Shown here piece after piece: positions 63,149 to 64,000 of a stretch of 64,000 nt of DNA. Position numbers and translations under genes: made by a program. Origin of the DNA: Candidatus Latescibacterota bacterium (GTDB lineage: Bacteria > Latescibacterota > UBA2968); assembly GCA_965207885.1 (NCBI GenBank), contig OZ242311.1, positions 1,952,001 through 2,016,000 on the forward strand, written 5' to 3'. Positions within the stretch are counted from its first letter, which is position 1; every line of letters starts with the position of its first letter. Under the pieces are notes generated by a model, which ran no database searches, had not been told where the DNA came from, and saw only the letters and a program-made list of their open reading frames with translations.

Positions 63149-63320
63149 TCAGGCGCGGAACAACTCGCCCATGCGCCTGCCCAAAAATCGCCCGGCCAAA
63201 AACAAACTCACAATCAGCAACACCATACCAAAAACACCCATCGCACTGGCCAAATACGCGCCATCTGCAATGCACTCTATAAGCGCGTAAATCGCTTTTG
63301 TGATGGGATAGTACTCGCCC
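63149..63320 (-). pseudogene. C-terminal remnant of an iron-type ABC permease
   Basis: Manual translation EYYPITKAIYALIECIADGAYLASAMGVFGMVLLIVSLFLAGRFLGRRMGELFRA*; in-frame stop shortly upstream, so the N-terminal part is absent. Confidence 0.55.
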
Positions 63321-63548
63321 TTGAGCGGTGTTTGTGACGAGTCATCTCCTTAAACAGAGTAGGGTATGGTTTGTTGGACCATTCTCGCTCTGTATGTTGC
63401 GGCAGAAGACCACAGGCTGACTACCAATCCGACAGGGACCTTCTGCCGTTTTCGCTGAGAAATATCACGGCTGATCCTTAAAATATTTGAGACGATCTAC
63501 CAGGCGGGGCTTTGTTTGGCTGTGTGATTTGGGGGTATGCCATCGCGA

Positions 63549-64000
63549 TTAGTCGTCGTCGTCAATGATTACATTTACACCTACTACTACTGAGTCATAT
63601 CCACCCCCACTGGCCGTGTGCGTCAGCCGCACCCAGTAATCTATACTGTCATCGTCCTGGGCGGCTGTCATTGTCACCGTCTGCGCTGTGTTCCAGTTCT
63701 GATCAGTGAATGTGAGACTTGTGGGATCTGTCGATAGCTTGTCCGAATCAGAACTGCTAATTGTTACGGTGACATCTGCCGAAGGCTGGGTTTTTAAGGC
63801 CACTGTGTAGGTCGCGGTCAGCCCTTCTGTGACCGTGAACGCCGTCGGCGTCAGGACCAGATCTGCTGTGCTTGGAGTACCATCGGCAACCGTAGAATTG
63901 TTCGTGACGTCCTGGTAGGAAAAGAAGGCGAGCGCGTTGCCAACTGTATCGAGGAAGAATCCCGGCGCATTCTGGGCGAAGTGGTTGTTGTAATCTACTT
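63549..64000 (-). CDS. Partial surface protein (5' end beyond the window) ending in an Ig/cadherin/Calx-beta-like domain
   Basis: Frame open to the window edge: ...TVTEGLTATYTVALKTQPSADVTVT...LTFTDQNWNTAQTVT...DDD. Confidence 0.75.
   Translation of the reverse strand, partial: VDYNNHFAQNAPGFFLDTVGNALAFFSYQDVTNNSTVADGTPSTADLVLTPTAFTVTEGLTATYTVALKTQPSADVTVTISSSDSDKLSTDPTSLTFTDQNWNTAQTVTMTAAQDDDSIDYWVRLTHTASGGGYDSVVVGVNVIIDDDD

Noticed and set aside
53000-63300. Strong G+T to C+A skew switch near 59.8 kb as an origin or terminus
   Set aside because: The skew flips with gene orientation, so codon bias explains it; no DnaA-box cluster or dif site was noticed

Overview
Bacterial chromosomal window, about 50-55% GC by eye. 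The gene content (C-terminal EF-hand/dockerin-like tag, sulfatases, PL8 lyase, LRR/NHL/Ig-like proteins, SprA-like + BamA pair) suggests an FCB-group organism such as Latescibacterota/Gemmatimonadota, possibly a marine host-associated symbiont; this is inference only. Most of the window is housekeeping: plant-type ilvC, ahcY-metF, xth, tldD-pmbA, rsmB, sat, tRNA-Lys(CTT), moaC-moeA, rng-rplU-rpmA-mdh, dapL. A ~14.3 kb defence island (34.2-48.5 kb) is a Type I R-M system (hsdM...hsdS...hsdR) interrupted by cargo: an HgiDII-like Type II R-M pair, an orphan DarG C-terminal domain, an AlbA_2/HATPase/wHTH protein, an XRE-ImmA peptidase and a BrnA-like stub fused to hsdR. The most striking unexplained signal is in this island's intergenic DNA: four copies of a non-coding element made of tandem 11-bp NNNNTTGAYNG repeats, a central 25-bp TAA-N19-TTA core with an IHF-like site, and a second repeat cluster, with spacings differing by whole helical turns. 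A second candidate new system is an XRE + degenerate nucleotidyl-cyclase regulator heading ahcY-metF, preceded by three tandem WCAAY-N9-ATTGT operator-like sites. All calls come from manual motif recognition; no searches were run.
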